The position numbers were made by a program, and so were the translations under genes. DNA of 64,000 nt, from the NCBI RefSeq assembly GCF_964355755.1, contig NC_092677.1:19800101-19864100 (forward strand). The letters are read 5' to 3'. The notes under the pieces are model-generated. The model was not told where the DNA came from. It did not search any database and saw only the letters and a program-made list of their open reading frames with translations. This stretch comes from Antedon mediterranea (lineage: Eukaryota > Animalia > Echinodermata). Shown one piece after another: positions 1 through 14,900 of the stretch; the first letter of the stretch is position 1, and each line of letters begins with the position of its first letter.

Positions 1-694
1 GGCTAATTATAGAAATTTAGAAATGGTCTCAAATTGCTGAGACCATACATATTTATATTAATTTTAATGCAACATTTTGTTAGAAAATGACCGGAAGTAA
101 AGTTATTTTGACCTTTAAACACAAACTTTATGTATAAGCATTTATCTATTTGAGCATGTATCAGCAGTTGTTTGTGGTGGGATTAAAAAATGGGTTTATA
201 CATGATTATTATCATTTGAATATCTAATTTCTAATTCACATATTTAGTTTTTATATATTATTATATAAATATAATATACTTTATATTGTCAGTAAGCACA
301 TTTATCTATGTAAACAAATTTGGACAATAGTAAAAATTACAGCAGAAATTTATTGCACTGTATTCATTTTACTTCCATCCATTTCACTAAAATGACGTAG
401 TAAAATTGATTCTTCCTGCACTTTTCCTTAAAATGACAATTGCTATACTTTTTACATTTTTGGAGCTCCAAAATTGGATTAAAACATCCTTAATTACATC
501 AACTTTGCGATCCGCGGCTGCTGACACAAACCGATATCTTTTCTCCTTTCAGCCCACAGGTATCAGGAGACATCAGCGGAATTCATCCAGATGAGCACCA
601 TGAAATAATATGTTCTTGTTATGAGTTTTTAAAATAGGTATTGTTTTATTGTCATGTTATTTTATATTGTAATTATGATGTATTTGAAGACGAG

Positions 695-1946
695 CAGTGG
701 CGTATCCAGGATTTTGAAGTTGGGGGGGGGGCCGGGAATTGCCAATTTGCCGACAAAATTGGTGTCATTATCTGCTGTACATACACAACGTCTCTGATCA
801 ATATATGTTCTAGGATTACATAGTCATATTGTCTTATATGGGATAACGATGCAAAATTAAAACCAAACCAACATTATCTGTTAGTATGTTGTATTCATAT
901 TACAATAAAGAAAGAATTAGGAAAATCTGACTTGTAGTTTTCGAAATATAGGGTCTAAAACATCGCCGAAAATGATCGTTTTTAGCCACGAAAGAAGTAA
1001 AACAATTTGCGGCCTCAGTCGACAATTCTATTAACTACACCATTTTTGGTTAAAATAATTACACATAATTACGTTTTTTAGTAATTTATTTTATATATCA
1101 CCATTGGAAATATCAATAAAACATGTTATTAAATGCTTATACAATATATAAAGTTGTTTACTTAACGGAATTCAGAAAAATTCATTGCTCTAACTTTGTG
1201 TATTAACGATCAGAGAGATTCATGGTACACGCGCGAGAGAAAACATTCCGCTGCGGGTGATTCGCATCCACCAATCAAATCAGCTAGAATCCTAAATCAT
1301 TCAACCGTGAGCAATGCCAATCGCGAGAAAGCTCAGCTTTGATTGGCTTACGATGACATCATATCACAAAATGGTGGTTTTGTAGTTGAGCCTCACGGAA
1401 TATTCTGTTCCAAAAATGAAATACATGGATATTTTTTATGGTATGTGTGCTTTTTCTTTAAAAATTTTGAATAATAAAGGCCTCATATCGATAAAAAAAA
1501 CGGGTTTTTGGCACTTATAATAAATATATCTTAGACAAAAAAGCACATGGCATGTGGAACTATATAATCTTAGCGTAGGAAGACATACAAATCCCAGGTC
1601 ATGAGAGGCTCAACTGCATGCAAAAACAAGGTTGAATAGGGTAAGGTCAAAGACTCTTGAGTAAACAATCTACCGCGTACGGGCCGTACGTACGTGCTAC
1701 ACATTTTTTACGTGTTTCGTTAGATGTAATGAAAATAAAAAATAGTTGATCTGAAGGGATCAATGATGATATGATATGTAAATAAACAAACACTCAAAAG
1801 AATTATGTTTACAGTTCAATTATTGCCAGAATAAATAGTTTATTTTTTTCCCCGGCACCTTTTTTTTGCCGACGGCCGCGATGATGTGCCGACGGAAACT
1901 AAATCAGGGGGGCCCGGGCCCCCCCCCCCCCTTGGATACGCCACTG
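695..1946. mobile_element. Non-autonomous hAT-type DNA transposon
   Basis: 14-bp TIRs CAGTGGCGTATCCA / TGGATACGCCACTG with G/C-run subterminal tracts. Exact 8-bp TSD AAGACGAG at 687-694 and 1947-1954. No transposase ORF. Confidence 0.9.
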
Positions 1947-2279
1947 AAGACGAGCAATGTAATTTTCTCCTTGTGGGAACGAATAAAGATTATACTTGAT
2001 ACTTGATACTTGAACTAGATGGTACGTTCGCTTCGCTTGCATACCATCTAGGTCGTGCCCACAGATGGTTCTCGAATACATAGTGATTTCAGCATAAAAA
2101 ACTGGCGATTTCAAATGTATGTACCGCAGGACTATAAAACATTGTCGTTTACAGAAAAAAATAAATAGACACAATGATTTATGTATGTAGTCAACCAAAA
2201 TTAGCACCCTGGGAATTACTTCCGAAAGAGAAACTTGTTACAAAATGAGTCCAAATTTTTGATTTGGACTAATACTTAA

Positions 2280-2905
2280 AGACCCCTTCCCTGCAATTTT
2301 GGACGTTTTTTGGAAAATAATACATATATATCACTTTAAAAACATTAAACCATGTCATTCCTTGTCTTAAATGTACGTTTTATGGTAAATTATGATAAAA
2401 AGTGATAAACAATGCACTACCTAAGTAGCTCGCGGCGATCGACCTCTCGTGGACGGTCTTAGGCCTAGCCTAGCTAGGCTTAGTTTTGTAGGCCTAGCTG
2501 TTAAACATCGGTAACGTACGAACATCGTACGCTACCTATATACCTAGCCTGACGTTGTATAGTTGCTGCATTAATTGTCTTTCTATTTTTGCCAGACTCC
2601 GTTGATACAAATTGGGGAAAACCCGGTATTTTCGCTGAAAAGTTAGGAGTCTTCCATTTGTTTTGGCCTCACGATCGATCGAAAAGTGGGCGAATTACAG
2701 GTGAAAAACAAAAATATCAATCCGCGCGCAATGCATTTTGGGATTTATAGCGGGCCGCTATAATTATTAGAATCGACTTATTTTTCACATTTTTAACCGT
2801 TTAAAGACGAAAAAAGTTATTGCAATAGGACCATATAGTATTATTTTTACATTAAATATAGTTTGTGATCTTAAATTAGATCTAAAAAACGTAGGGAATG
2901 GGGCT
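2280..2905 (+). mobile_element. TTAA-specific MITE family A (Kolobok-like), copy 1
   Basis: TTAA|AGACCCCTTCCCTGC...GTAGGGAATGGGGCT|TTAA. TTAA TSD with purine-purine 5' ends fits Kolobok. Homologous copies at 22380, 46522 and partially 31885. Confidence 0.8.
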
Positions 2906-3249
2906 TTAAACAAACCCAATTTGTGTTTTGTATCTATCATTAGGGTTAGGGTTGAGGTACAAAGAGGAACAATTTTTTAATATATTCTTTATATTTCTTT
3001 ATTATCCACTTAGTAACAAAATATTTTTTGTTATAGGCCTATAAATAATATACCACTAAATAGAGTAAAACATATCCGAATAATACTTTGTTAAAACTGT
3101 CAGTGTCACTGTCATAGTCGATTGAAATAGTAAAGTACATGTAACGATACACCACTACGACGTTTATATTTTTAGTAATTAATTAATACAAACGTTCAGA
3201 AGCAACTGTCAGTAATAAAGTATTATATTATTTTGGTTGGTTGGTACGT

Positions 3250-3850
3250 ATCCGTCATGTCTGACAGTTCGTGACTCTCATGATAGCATTCCACTGTTTA
3301 CGATCAGCAGCTAGTTGGTAAACAACCGGCAGAGGATGTTCAACAAGGGCCTTAATTCTATCTGTCCATTTTGATTTTGGTCGTCCTGGTTTCCTTGACC
3401 CCTTAATTTTTCCCTGCATTATCACTTTTTCAAGACAGTTGTTTTCTCGTCTTGCTATGTGACCCTGTTCGTACACAGGCTAGTTGACCATCATATAGGT
3501 TTTTGATCATTTGTACTAGATGGAACTCCAAGTGCAACTAGTGCTTTCCACAAAGCTCCATGACGGACACAGTTGAATGCCTTGGCTTAATCAATAATCA
3601 ATAAAGACCGTCCTTTGATATTCATTGGACTTCCTTATTATCTGCCGTATATCTCTGGTGCCTCTGCCTCTCCTAAAACCTGCTTGTTCAGGTGGAAGCT
3701 CTCTTTCATGATCTTGTCTAAGACGCTTGTTCAGGATGTGCAGCAGGATTTTGCTGGCATGAGATATCATTGCTATAGTGCGGTTGTTTTTGCATTGACT
3801 AGTGTCCCCTTTCTTCGGGAGCGTCAAGAAGACGGAACGTATATTAAATC
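3250..3850 (-). mobile_element. RTE-clade LINE fragment (RT pieces and 3' end)
   Basis: LPKKGDTSQCKNNRTIAMISHASKILL...LPPEQAGFRRGRGTRD...FIDY and GHIARRENNCLEKVIMQGKIKGSRKPGRPKSKW are RTE-type motifs; internally deleted. Confidence 0.85.
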
Positions 3851-5920
3851 TACCAAAATAGTAATAGTATTTTTTAAAGAAAATCGTCTGTCTTCAACAT
3901 TATGATGCTATATTGCTGATGCTATTAAAAACAATTATCGTAGGAGGAGATCGGAAAATGCGGGTATTTTTCAAAATGGACATGCGATGCATTGCAGTGT
4001 ATACCTACCACGATCAGAAATATCCTCCTATTTGGGGCAAATCGTTGAACCTAAATCTGTTTTAATTGTCAATAACTAATTATCTAACTCAATTTAATTA
4101 GTAAACAGGGTTACATCAGGTGGTTAAAATCAGTATCGAAAGTACGAACCAACTTTATATTATATACCATCGAGTAAACATTCTAGAAGTGAGGCGCGAT
4201 TTACCGAATTTTGCCCCTATGTAAATTTATATATAGATACCATGCATTTATTGTGTCAGCATCTTCGTTGCCATTTAAGACAGTCAAGGAGTGAGAGTGG
4301 TTGATTCTTCAACTTTTGTACCTTTAATGCTCCTGTTCCTCTTGAAACATTTTCATATATGGAGGTTTCTCATACATTGAACTGCTGCCGGCCATACAGT
4401 ATTACGTGGTTAGACGTTCCTTGGTTTTTTTTCTTAGATGTTTCGAGATATGAGAAGCAATCTTTCAATGCCAACATTGACAGCAATTTTGTAAGTCATA
4501 TTGCCAAGCCAAGGAACCAATTTAAGGAGTGAGATTGTTAGAAGTGACTAAGAGGTTTTTGATGTTAACAGCATCTTATGATTTTATCTCCTTCAAGCTA
4601 CTAAATGTTTTTCATTTTCTTTTCAAGGAGTCCACAACCAGACTTTGCTCACAAACTTCAAACACCTTCAACTCCTTTTTTTTATTATCTCTGTTTAAGA
4701 TATATTTCTTGACTTCTTTTGAAATTATTACTAAGACAATGTTAAAAAAAGTGTTTTTGTTATGAATGTATTTTGATGAAATCTTGAAGGATTTGTGTGT
4801 TTTTTGTTGAAGAGTGAGTTCGATGGGATGTCTAGTTCGATTTCCTCATCTTAAGTAATGCCAACAAGACCACCAACCCATTTCAACTGTTTTCCTACTG
4901 TTCTAGAGCCTGATCCGGGAAAAGAGCACTATTTAAATACAGATTTTTTTTCTTTACATTCAAATTAATTCCAATATTTTATTCACTGTTTTGAGTCATC
5001 TACATCAAGCCAAGCTGGTTCATTTGTGTTAGATGGCAATGTATCAGACGAGCATGTAAATGAAAACCAGTCATTGGCAAAACAAATCTGCAAGATACCT
5101 TCCTAATCGTATATTATTATAATTACCATCAAATCTCACTCTGACATTTACTACTTTTAGCCAAATCAGAAATCTTAAATTAATACGTTTATAGAGGATC
5201 AAAGTGACTATTGAAAACAATATTTGAAAATGTGAGTTTAGAAAAGAACTGAATACATAACAAATTATCCTAGTGAACGCCAGGCTAGTGATCTGGAGGT
5301 TGTTGGAGTCCCACATTACATAAGTATTAATGATGTATTCTTAATAAAAGTGAAAATTACATCAGAGTAGGGCCAAAACATCTGACCAATATTTATCCAT
5401 CCTAGTAAATGTAAATAGCTATTCTCTATGTCAAAGGTCAATAAAGTTGCTTCTGGACATTTTTAAACAAAATATTGCATCACAGTAAATATAAATATGT
5501 ATGGTCTGAGCAATTTGAGACCATTTTTAAATTTCTATGACCAGCCGTTTTTTAGATACAGTTTGAGTCAAGATCAAGGGTCACAGAAGTACAGAAAAAT
5601 AGCATTTCTGGTTGCATTTAGTAAAAATGTTCTATTACAACGAATATAAATATATATATTCTGAGTATTTTGATACAAATATCTTGTCAATAGACCAAAG
5701 GGTTATGGAGATATGGCCATTTGGTCGCCATTTTGAATTTGGGGCTGTTACCATGGTTACGGGATCGTGAAAATTTGTTACCTAGCATTTTTGGTATCCT
5801 AGCACTAAAATCAGGTGAAATCCCACTTTGGGCATTAAAATCCTACAGAACCCCTTCATTCATACATAACTGTAATTTTCTAGTTATCATCAATTTTATC
5901 TTTCATTTGTGTATTTTCAG

Positions 5921-8900
5921 AGATGGGCATGATGCCTGAAATTTGCCAAGCTGTTGAGGAGATGGACTGGCTGTGAGTTTGTAGATAGAAAAATTTGTCT
6001 CGGATCCCAGAAATATTTTAACTAAACTAACATGCCAAAATCGGGGTCAAATGTTAAAAGTGTGTGGTTCTTAAACTCATCAACGTAAAGATTTGCTTTT
6101 GGTGTCAAATTGTTCAGAATTTACGTATTTATCTTTGGTCTAACACAACTTTAGCGAAAAATGTGTATTATTAAATAATTAACGTGTTTGGGAGAACTAT
6201 TTAATATCAAATGAAAGGAATAAGGAAAATCTTGTGGAACATTGGTCATTGATAGATCAATTCATGTGCTACTGAATACTTTGCTATTACATTTATTAAT
6301 TAAGTTAATACAATGCACTTGCTCATGGAGGCCATACAGTACATTGGGTCTGATGAAATAAGTAGCTATCTTTGAAATTAAGTTTGTAAGTGTAACTATT
6401 TTAAAGATTCCACAAACATTTACTATTAATAGTAATATGTAGTACAATTTTATTCAATATATATATATATTAGTACTATACATTTTGGAAATATGCCAAA
6501 TGTTTTACAATATTTTACGGATTTCGTCTTCGGCTATATAATATTATTGGTTTTTAGTCAATTATTGAATCAAAGGTCAGTAAAAACATTTATTGTCATT
6601 TTTTTAAGACCAAATATAAATATTTAATCTGATATGTATGAGATATAATTCCGTATTACGCCCATTTACTCAGTCCAGCGGATCAGAAGGGTAATATATC
6701 CTGTATTACCTGTTTGATGTTTCTACACGCGCATTGTTTATGTAATGTATTGTATTTTTATCGTTGAGCGCATGCGTAGTTGTGATTTCAAGCATCGAAT
6801 ATGAACTAAGAGATAAAATCGTTGCACCCTGCTTGTTCTTGCGAAATATGGGAAATTATCTACATTCTGGTTCCATATTCCATTCGGCCTTCGACCTCAT
6901 GGAATATGGAACCAGAACGTAGATTTCCCGTATTCCATGAACAAGCAGGGTGTAACTAATAGTATATTCTGAACAATTTTACACCAAATGCAAATCTTTA
7001 TAAGTGGTTGTCGAAATGTAAGAACCACACATTTTTATGCATACAAATCTGACCCAGGTCCTGGACAAGGGTCAAACATTTAGAAGGATTAAAATTGCTG
7101 TTTTTAAAATGTTAATAAATGTTTGTGTTTCTGTTTGTAACAATTAATACGTATTTTAATTTGAATTGACACTATTAGAAAATGTCCACAATTCCCCAGT
7201 GAAATTTTGTTAAATGCGACAAATTAATGTACACTAAATCAATTTGACAGTTAAAATTTTATAATTATTTAATTTGTTTGTAGCCTTCCAACGGATGTGC
7301 AAAATGAGGCAATACCGCTTATTCTAGGAGGAGGTGATGTTCTTATGGCTGCTGAAACTGGTAGTGGCAAAACTGGTGTATGCAAATTGTTATATTTCTC
7401 TAGAAGTAGTGGTTGTAAGAGAATGTTTTAAAAATAGGAAATATTTTACTTGTGTGACGATTATAACTATGTTTATTGCCAATTTAAAAACAACATATTC
7501 CAATTTTCTCATTTTACAATATCTTTTATATCTATTATCTAGGCCTTTTGTTTACCTGTATTACAAATTGTTTTTGAAACAATGAGAGACCTTAAGAAAG
7601 GGAAAAAAGCAAGTAGTGGTGATTTAGCACCAGGTAAATACAAACTCCTAATTCCATATATTATTATATTACATAGCCTATGTAAATAAGTGAACGTGAT
7701 TTGTTGAAACAGCATCACATGTCTACCGCTGTGAGGATCGCGATGATTTGTCACAATGCCTAGCTCTTGAAATGCAACTTCAAATTGTTTAAATCTTGAT
7801 GAAGGTGAATTAGACAGATTGAATCATTGAAGACAAAAAGGATTCTTGATGTACAAAATTTCATGTGAATTTATCCATTAAATAAAACTAAATAAGCAAG
7901 TGTTACAGTCAGAGCCTAGACAGCTAGGCCTAGCTTGTATTCAGTGTTTAGTTTTATTTGCATCTATTTTTGTAATAATAATAATAGGTATTGCCATTTC
8001 TATTGGTGTAATACATATAATTTGATATCCACTTAGATACATGCTTAGATACATGCTTTGGCAAAATATAGTTCCTTTGGGGATATCAAATGTACACCTC
8101 TACATACATGTCAAGTTTGAGGTTACTGCTTGCTTAAGATTTCCCAAATGCCTTGCCTAAATTGGGAAAATATGTTCCTCTGGGCTGGAACATCCCTAAT
8201 TCATTATCATGCTCACCGAAAAGTTACTTTTTATGTTTTTTGGGGCCTTGAATTGGTGAATAAACAACAGAATTCAAGTCATTTGAAAAAAAATTTGACA
8301 TTGGTTAAAAAAAACAAATAATTGACTGTCCTATAACTTAGCTCCAATAAAATTATTCTCCTTATTCGACTCAAAAACAAAATATACCCGTAATTTACAA
8401 CACTTTAGTTTGTTTTTTATTTAGCTTCAGGTAAATGGACAATGAATTCATATGATCGAGACCCGGCATTAGGTAAGTTTTAATATAATGTGTAAAAATT
8501 AACAATAATTACTACACTAGTCGTTGGCTGTCCAATAGACCGGCACCATCTTGTTATTGAGTTTGAGGTTCATGAATAAACGGTGTAGAGTAATAGTACA
8601 ATACAGTGTATCTAGAAATGTACAGTATATATTATGATGCGTCATTGTAACAGAAAAAAAAGATAGTTAATATGTCTACTGTATTCTGAAATCAATATTT
8701 GAGTGTCTGTTTTGTTTTCAGTTATTCTAAAAGCAAGAATTATAATTTAAAATACACACTGTAAAATTAATGATTGAAAGATGCAGTCACAAATGAAAAA
8801 AAACAAACAATACCAGTATATGTGGTGTGTGATGGGCAAAAGACCGCAGGTCTATGGTTGGGAGTAAATAAAAGCTAATTATTATGGAATTTCAAGACAA

Positions 8901-11900
8901 TATTAACACACATTGAAGGTGCATGTTGTGCTAAAAAATAGTTTTAATGAATTGCAAATATCTATAAAGCAAATACAATTAAATAATTGTTTTTTCCATA
9001 CCCGGTAATAATGTGTACATGCAGTGAAAGGGTTAAATCGTCTGACTTTATAATTTGGTGTTTTACTTATATTTTGTAGCAATTGACAAAGAAGGCCTCT
9101 TGTGCCAGAGCAGAGAGCTTAAATCATGGCATGGAACAAGAGCAAATTTTGGTGTCTATAAACGAGGTATTTAATTTTTGCCAAATGTGTGCGAGTGGCA
9201 AGTCCCCCTGGGACTATATCCATATATGGTAATATTCTTTTTTAATTTCTTAATTGTCTTCTTATAATGATTAAGGTGATTAACATACATGCCATATACA
9301 GAAAATGTCAAGTCAAAAACTTTTTTTAGATGTCATGTATAGGGACAAAAAGTTTGATCTAAACGGAAAACATAACCTCTCTGTCGGCAGTAATAATACC
9401 TGTTATTAAAGTAAACACAAAAGAGGCTGCAAAAATTACACATATAGAAGTTTCATTCCTTTATTTGACTACTTCCCTTCAATATTTTAGGAAAACATTA
9501 CTTTGAAGCAACAGTTACAGATGAAGGACTGTGTCGTGTTGGATGGGCAACATCAGAAGCTTCATTAAACCTTGGTAAATGTCCTATTAAATTGTTATTT
9601 GACCAGCAATATTCAATAAACGTAATCAATTTGGTGGAAATTTCTCAAGAAGTTGTTATATGCTAACTATTTGCACTAATATTTCTAATACAGAACTCTT
9701 TCAATATCAGAAAATTTCCTTTTCTTGAGGTCCATTTAAAACACATTTTGAATACCACATTTTCTGGAAAACCAGACATAGGCCAGCCAAGTGTCCTGTA
9801 TTGGAAGGAATTGACTGTATATAATTATATAGTTGATTTATAATAAGGTAATAAAGAAGAGAGAAATAATAACTATTGCGTAAAGTTGATGTTGAAATTC
9901 TGATCGATTTCCATAGCATTAATCTGAATACCTTTATAGCAATTCATTTATTCATTCACACTTTTTATTTTATCTATTAAAATTTCATGTTCATACTAAA
10001 TCAATCTTTGTGATCTGTGTTTCTAAAAATACTGCACTGAATTTAAATATATTGGCCATATTTTGATTTAGGTTTGTTTTTGTCTAGGTACTGATAAAAA
10101 GGGATTTGGTTATGGAGGAACAGCAAAAAAATCATTTGGAAAACAATTTGATGATTATGGAGAGGTAAGTACATAAAAATAGATATTTAAACCTATGTAG
10201 ACGTCAATTGCAGTAGAATGTTCTCTCGTGGACGGTTTAGGCCTAGCCAGGCTTCAAATAATTTAAACAAAGAAGAGTTGTTAAGATTAGTATTACTGTG
10301 GTGTTTAACGCAAAGAAAAAATAGGCTCAAGGAATCAAATTTCGAGGCCGAGAAGTGGGTGCAGCATAGAACAACAATTGGGCAATTTAATGGAACATTC
10401 AAGGTCATCCAAGATGATGACCTAGAATTATTTCCAATATAAGTAGGCATAGCCTAGGTGTAGCTAGTAGTAGAGGGTGGGGCCAAGTATACTTGTCTAG
10501 CCCACGTAGGCCTAGATTTGTTGTTGATGAAGGTGAAAGTTCGAACTGCTTGCGATGCTGTAACAAGTTGAGTTCAGATAGTTCACCGGTCACCTGAACC
10601 AGTTTGATAGATGGATTTAATTTCAGACATGGTCCGACGTATTTGATGCCCATGATACACAAACCAAAATGGACATCTTTTATAATGCAATTGATTTCGC
10701 TGTAAACAAATCCTTCCCTATTAATACAATACTTCACAATAAAGACAAAAAGTGGATGACGAACAAAATATGCTCATAAATTATGAAATATTGTGAATAT
10801 AAATAAATACCATAATCTAATTAAAAAGAAAGTATAAAAGCTAAAACATCTTATAATATTAACAAAGTTTGTTAAGTTTTTTTCACAATGACGTTCCAGA
10901 CATGAACATCTACATAAATAACAACCATTTATCAAGTAATTGACAATGTTAAACTTCTTGGAGTTGTTTTAGGTTGTGATCTTTAATAGCCATGTTGATC
11001 TTATAATAAAGTAAATAAGAAATTGTTCATGTTAAGAAAGCTAAAAGAGGCACACTTTGATTTCTGTGTACTAGATTATATTCGTGCCATCTTTGAATAT
11101 GCAGTCCCATTGTGTGATACTAAATCTCAAATCTTTGTCGTAACTTAGAGTTGAATTTTTAAAAAAATTCGCTCACAAAATTCTTCTCTACAAAACGGTT
11201 TTGCCACTGGTTCCCACAATCAAAGAATGCCTCTTCAATGAAACTGCATAAAATTAAAACCTTTCAAATACCCTTCATGACAACTGAACGTTTAAAAAAT
11301 GTGTTAAATATAAATAAAAAATACAAATCTATATAAAATCACATATAAAATTAAATTATGTCTATGATCCAGGTATTCTCTCTATGAGTTATTATTCTTA
11401 AATGTTTTGGCTTTTAAGGCCATCTTAACATTGTGATCTATTGCCATTTGGGTACAGTTTTACCTGCTTACGAGGGATGGTTAGTTCCTCACAAAAAGAG
11501 ATATATGATAAGACAGTCTCAGTTAGTTCATGGATATCACTAGTGTTAATCAGGACACTCTATTCGGTAGCCTCTAGGCAGCCCTTAAGCTTTTCAAGAT
11601 GTTCAGGGTACTCTAATTTAATCGTCTTGTCCACATTGCTTGATTTTAATTTCTGTTTGTAACTTGGAAGTAGCTGTATATATCTTGGTGATCCGACGCG
11701 CCGATTCCTGATAACTTGAATGATTTATAAGCTCGCAGTATATTACAATAACAGCAGTCAAGTGTATTTCCTCCTTTTGTTGCAAATGAAACATACTGTT
11801 TAAAGTTAGGTAACACACGGTTAAGTTTACATTGATTCTAATCGCCTAGTATTAGGACAGGACTCTCAGGAGAACGTGCTTCAAGTCTCAGTTCTCAGCT

Positions 11901-14900
11901 ATAGCATCCGCAGCAATTGAAATGATTCCCAACAATAACTTTAATGCAACCAATTTCTCTTGGCAAATAAAAAGGCCTAAGTGACAGTGACAGTGACAGC
12001 AATTCATAGTCTGTAGTGCAGACTTTGTCAATAACTGTAATATCTGAGCACCATCTATCATTTATGTAACAACATATTCGATTCTGAAGTATGATCACTG
12101 CAAACACACAAGAAACCATTGATATTTACACTGCTATCAGGTTAAGTTTACATTGATTCCAATCTCCTAGTATTACGTTTCGGTAATGAAAATAAGATTA
12201 GCATCACGGTAGCTCCGATCAAATTCAACCAGAGCACATAGTTCAGTTTTATTTTTTACTGACCTTATATTTGTTAGAAGAATTGAGGGCAATGGAAGTC
12301 TATTTAATCTACAACGTAAACATTGTTTAATACCACCTCTTTTCCTTCTCTTCCAATTCTTTTTCTTTTTCTTATATAAATAAAGAGTTTTGCCTGGACA
12401 ACTCATACATATTTCAGCATTGGCCACGTCACAACACGTGGTGTTATTACGTAGTTCGTAGGCACATCCAGAGCAATTGGGGAGAAAAATAAACACTAGA
12501 AACACCAAACTACAGTAGTTCCACAATACAGTCAACTCTCCCAATACCGGACTCTCTGAAAACCAGAAACTCTCCCAATACCAGACTTTTTTTGAGGACC
12601 AAAAGGTCCCAAATTTATATTTACCATTAAAAACACATTCCGAATACCAGACTTTCCGGAAAACCAGACTTATTTGGCCGGCCCAAAGGTGTCCGGTATT
12701 GGGAGAGTTGACTGTACACCATAACACTTAAAGAAACAACTGACAGCAATTAGACCAAACACAGATTTCAAAACGGCAAATATAGGTTAAAAAAAATACT
12801 GCAGTGTATAAGTGTCGCGTTTATGGAAAGCGCCACAAAAAAAAAGAAGGAAAGAAAGGAGGAAAAATGAGTCTGCATCATCATGTAATTTAGTAATTTA
12901 ATCTACACTTTCAACGGAGCAAAGTTGCAAGAGATGACTTGTGGGAGGTTAAGAATTCTCTCTTTCGGTTCGGTCTTTAGCTAGTTGCTGAAAATTCACC
13001 ACGCTCTCACTGGAGCATGCGAAAAGCCACTAGAGCATGCGCAAAGCATTGTTGTGCTTGCGAACATAAAAATAAAGCACTTTGGTTTTAATATATTATA
13101 GTTTTCCTAAGTGGTTGAGTATGTACAGGCACGTTTGTACAATTTACAATACAATGTTTCCTTTTAATGTCATGTCAAAAATTAGAATATAGATGGATAT
13201 CGTAATTTCACTTACCTATGCTGTAATGTATGATGTATACTATACAATACAAAATACACACAATTTAGCACTATAAACTTTATAAACATTTATACTTGAA
13301 ATATAAAATGTCTGGTTATACTCACAGTATAATATTTTTTAATAGACATATGGAATAGATGATACAATTGGTTGTTACTTGGATCTTGATGAACATGCAA
13401 TGTACTTTTCCAAGAATGGTTTGTATATTTTACATTTTCATTTTGTTTTCATATTTTTTTTAATAGCATAATTTATAACTATACAAATTTACATGAAAGA
13501 TATATTGTCCCCCTGAAACAATGTTTTTTGTTGAACATTCCATTTTAATGTTGCATAATAATTATTCACTTTGACTAAAAATTATTTTACCTGGGAAAAC
13601 AGTAATTTAAAAATGTATTGTCCTCCCAAAAACATGAAAAAAGGGTTATTAAAAGACTTTGAATAGTTCCTTTTTCAGTTTTAATAAAGTTAATCACTTT
13701 CGTGGAAAACAAATTTAAAACTATTTTTTTCATTTATAACAAAGTTTTTTCAGGGAAATATTTTTTATTTATTCATTTTAACTGTTATGTGACATTAAAA
13801 TGGCGTATTTAACAACACAAATGTAGAAAAAAATGTTCAGTGGGACAATATTATAGTCAAATTGACTGGAAAGTTTTGGGTTGAATTTAACGGTTTATTT
13901 TGTCTTTTTATACGTATAACTTTTTTTTTTAAATTGTGTGTTCTACGAAAGTAAAAACTGCAAAGTGACCTTTTCAAATTAACCTTAATTTTTCATGTTT
14001 TGGGGGACAATACATCTTTAAACTGTAATTGTATCTTAATTTCAGGTGTTGATTTAGGACTGGCTTTTGAGCTTCCCAAAATCATGAGAAACTTGGTGTA
14101 TTTTCCTGCTGTTGTGTTAAAAGTGAGTTTGTTTTGTCTATTTACGTTCACTAGACGCAACCTTCACCTGGGGCTACAAATTGGAATGAGAGGAGATGTT
14201 CTATCACTGGTCATTCAATATTAAATTCACGCTGAAATAATGTAATTTTTTGGGCCTTGACATCACTTACAACAATGGCATCCAAATAAGGACATGTTAT
14301 GAATTACATCATTGTTTGCCGATTACACATTTACACATCGCTGGCGTGTAACACTAATGATAAGGGAGCAACAACAACTGCAGCGTACAACCTGAAGAAT
14401 ATGCCACAGAATTTTCAAACGTTTCTAATTCAGTACAATTACTATTTTCAATTACAAACTAATTTCTCTCTCTCATTACACTCATAAACATTTATTTGTA
14501 TACTATTATATAGGTATTGTTTGGGGACAAGCTCTACCTTTTTGTTTAGTTTCGATTTATGTATATGTTTATAATTCACTTTCTATATGTCTCACATATA
14601 CGGTTAAAAAACTCTGTCACACACCCTCAAACACATTAATGTGTAGCAAACCCATACATTATTTATGTATTATATATTTCACCATTAGTTAACAATCATT
14701 TTCAAATCTATCCTAAATTTTGATATTGATTCAAGATGGAAGAAGTGGATTATTTAAATAAAAGTTTTCATTAGAACAAGTGTAAATATGAATAAAATAA
14801 ATGTTTTAAATTAAATATAATAATAATATAATTTAGAATTTACATTAAGTGTAATCATTTTCCTTTTTATTCAGCCTAGTTATTTATCGAAACTTAATTT

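Noticed and set aside
4270-4920. Possible decayed coding sequence on the minus strand
   Set aside because: Multiple stops and no motif I can assign; possibly an old TE remnant.
1-5920. DDX1 first coding exon (expected ~16 nt, M-x-A-F-x-G|GT)
   Set aside because: No convincing ATG-plus-donor candidate was found; it probably lies upstream of the window.
10193-10737. ORFs of 74-110 aa in a DDX1 intron
   Set aside because: No recognisable domain; the region shares words with MITE family A and is likely TE-derived.
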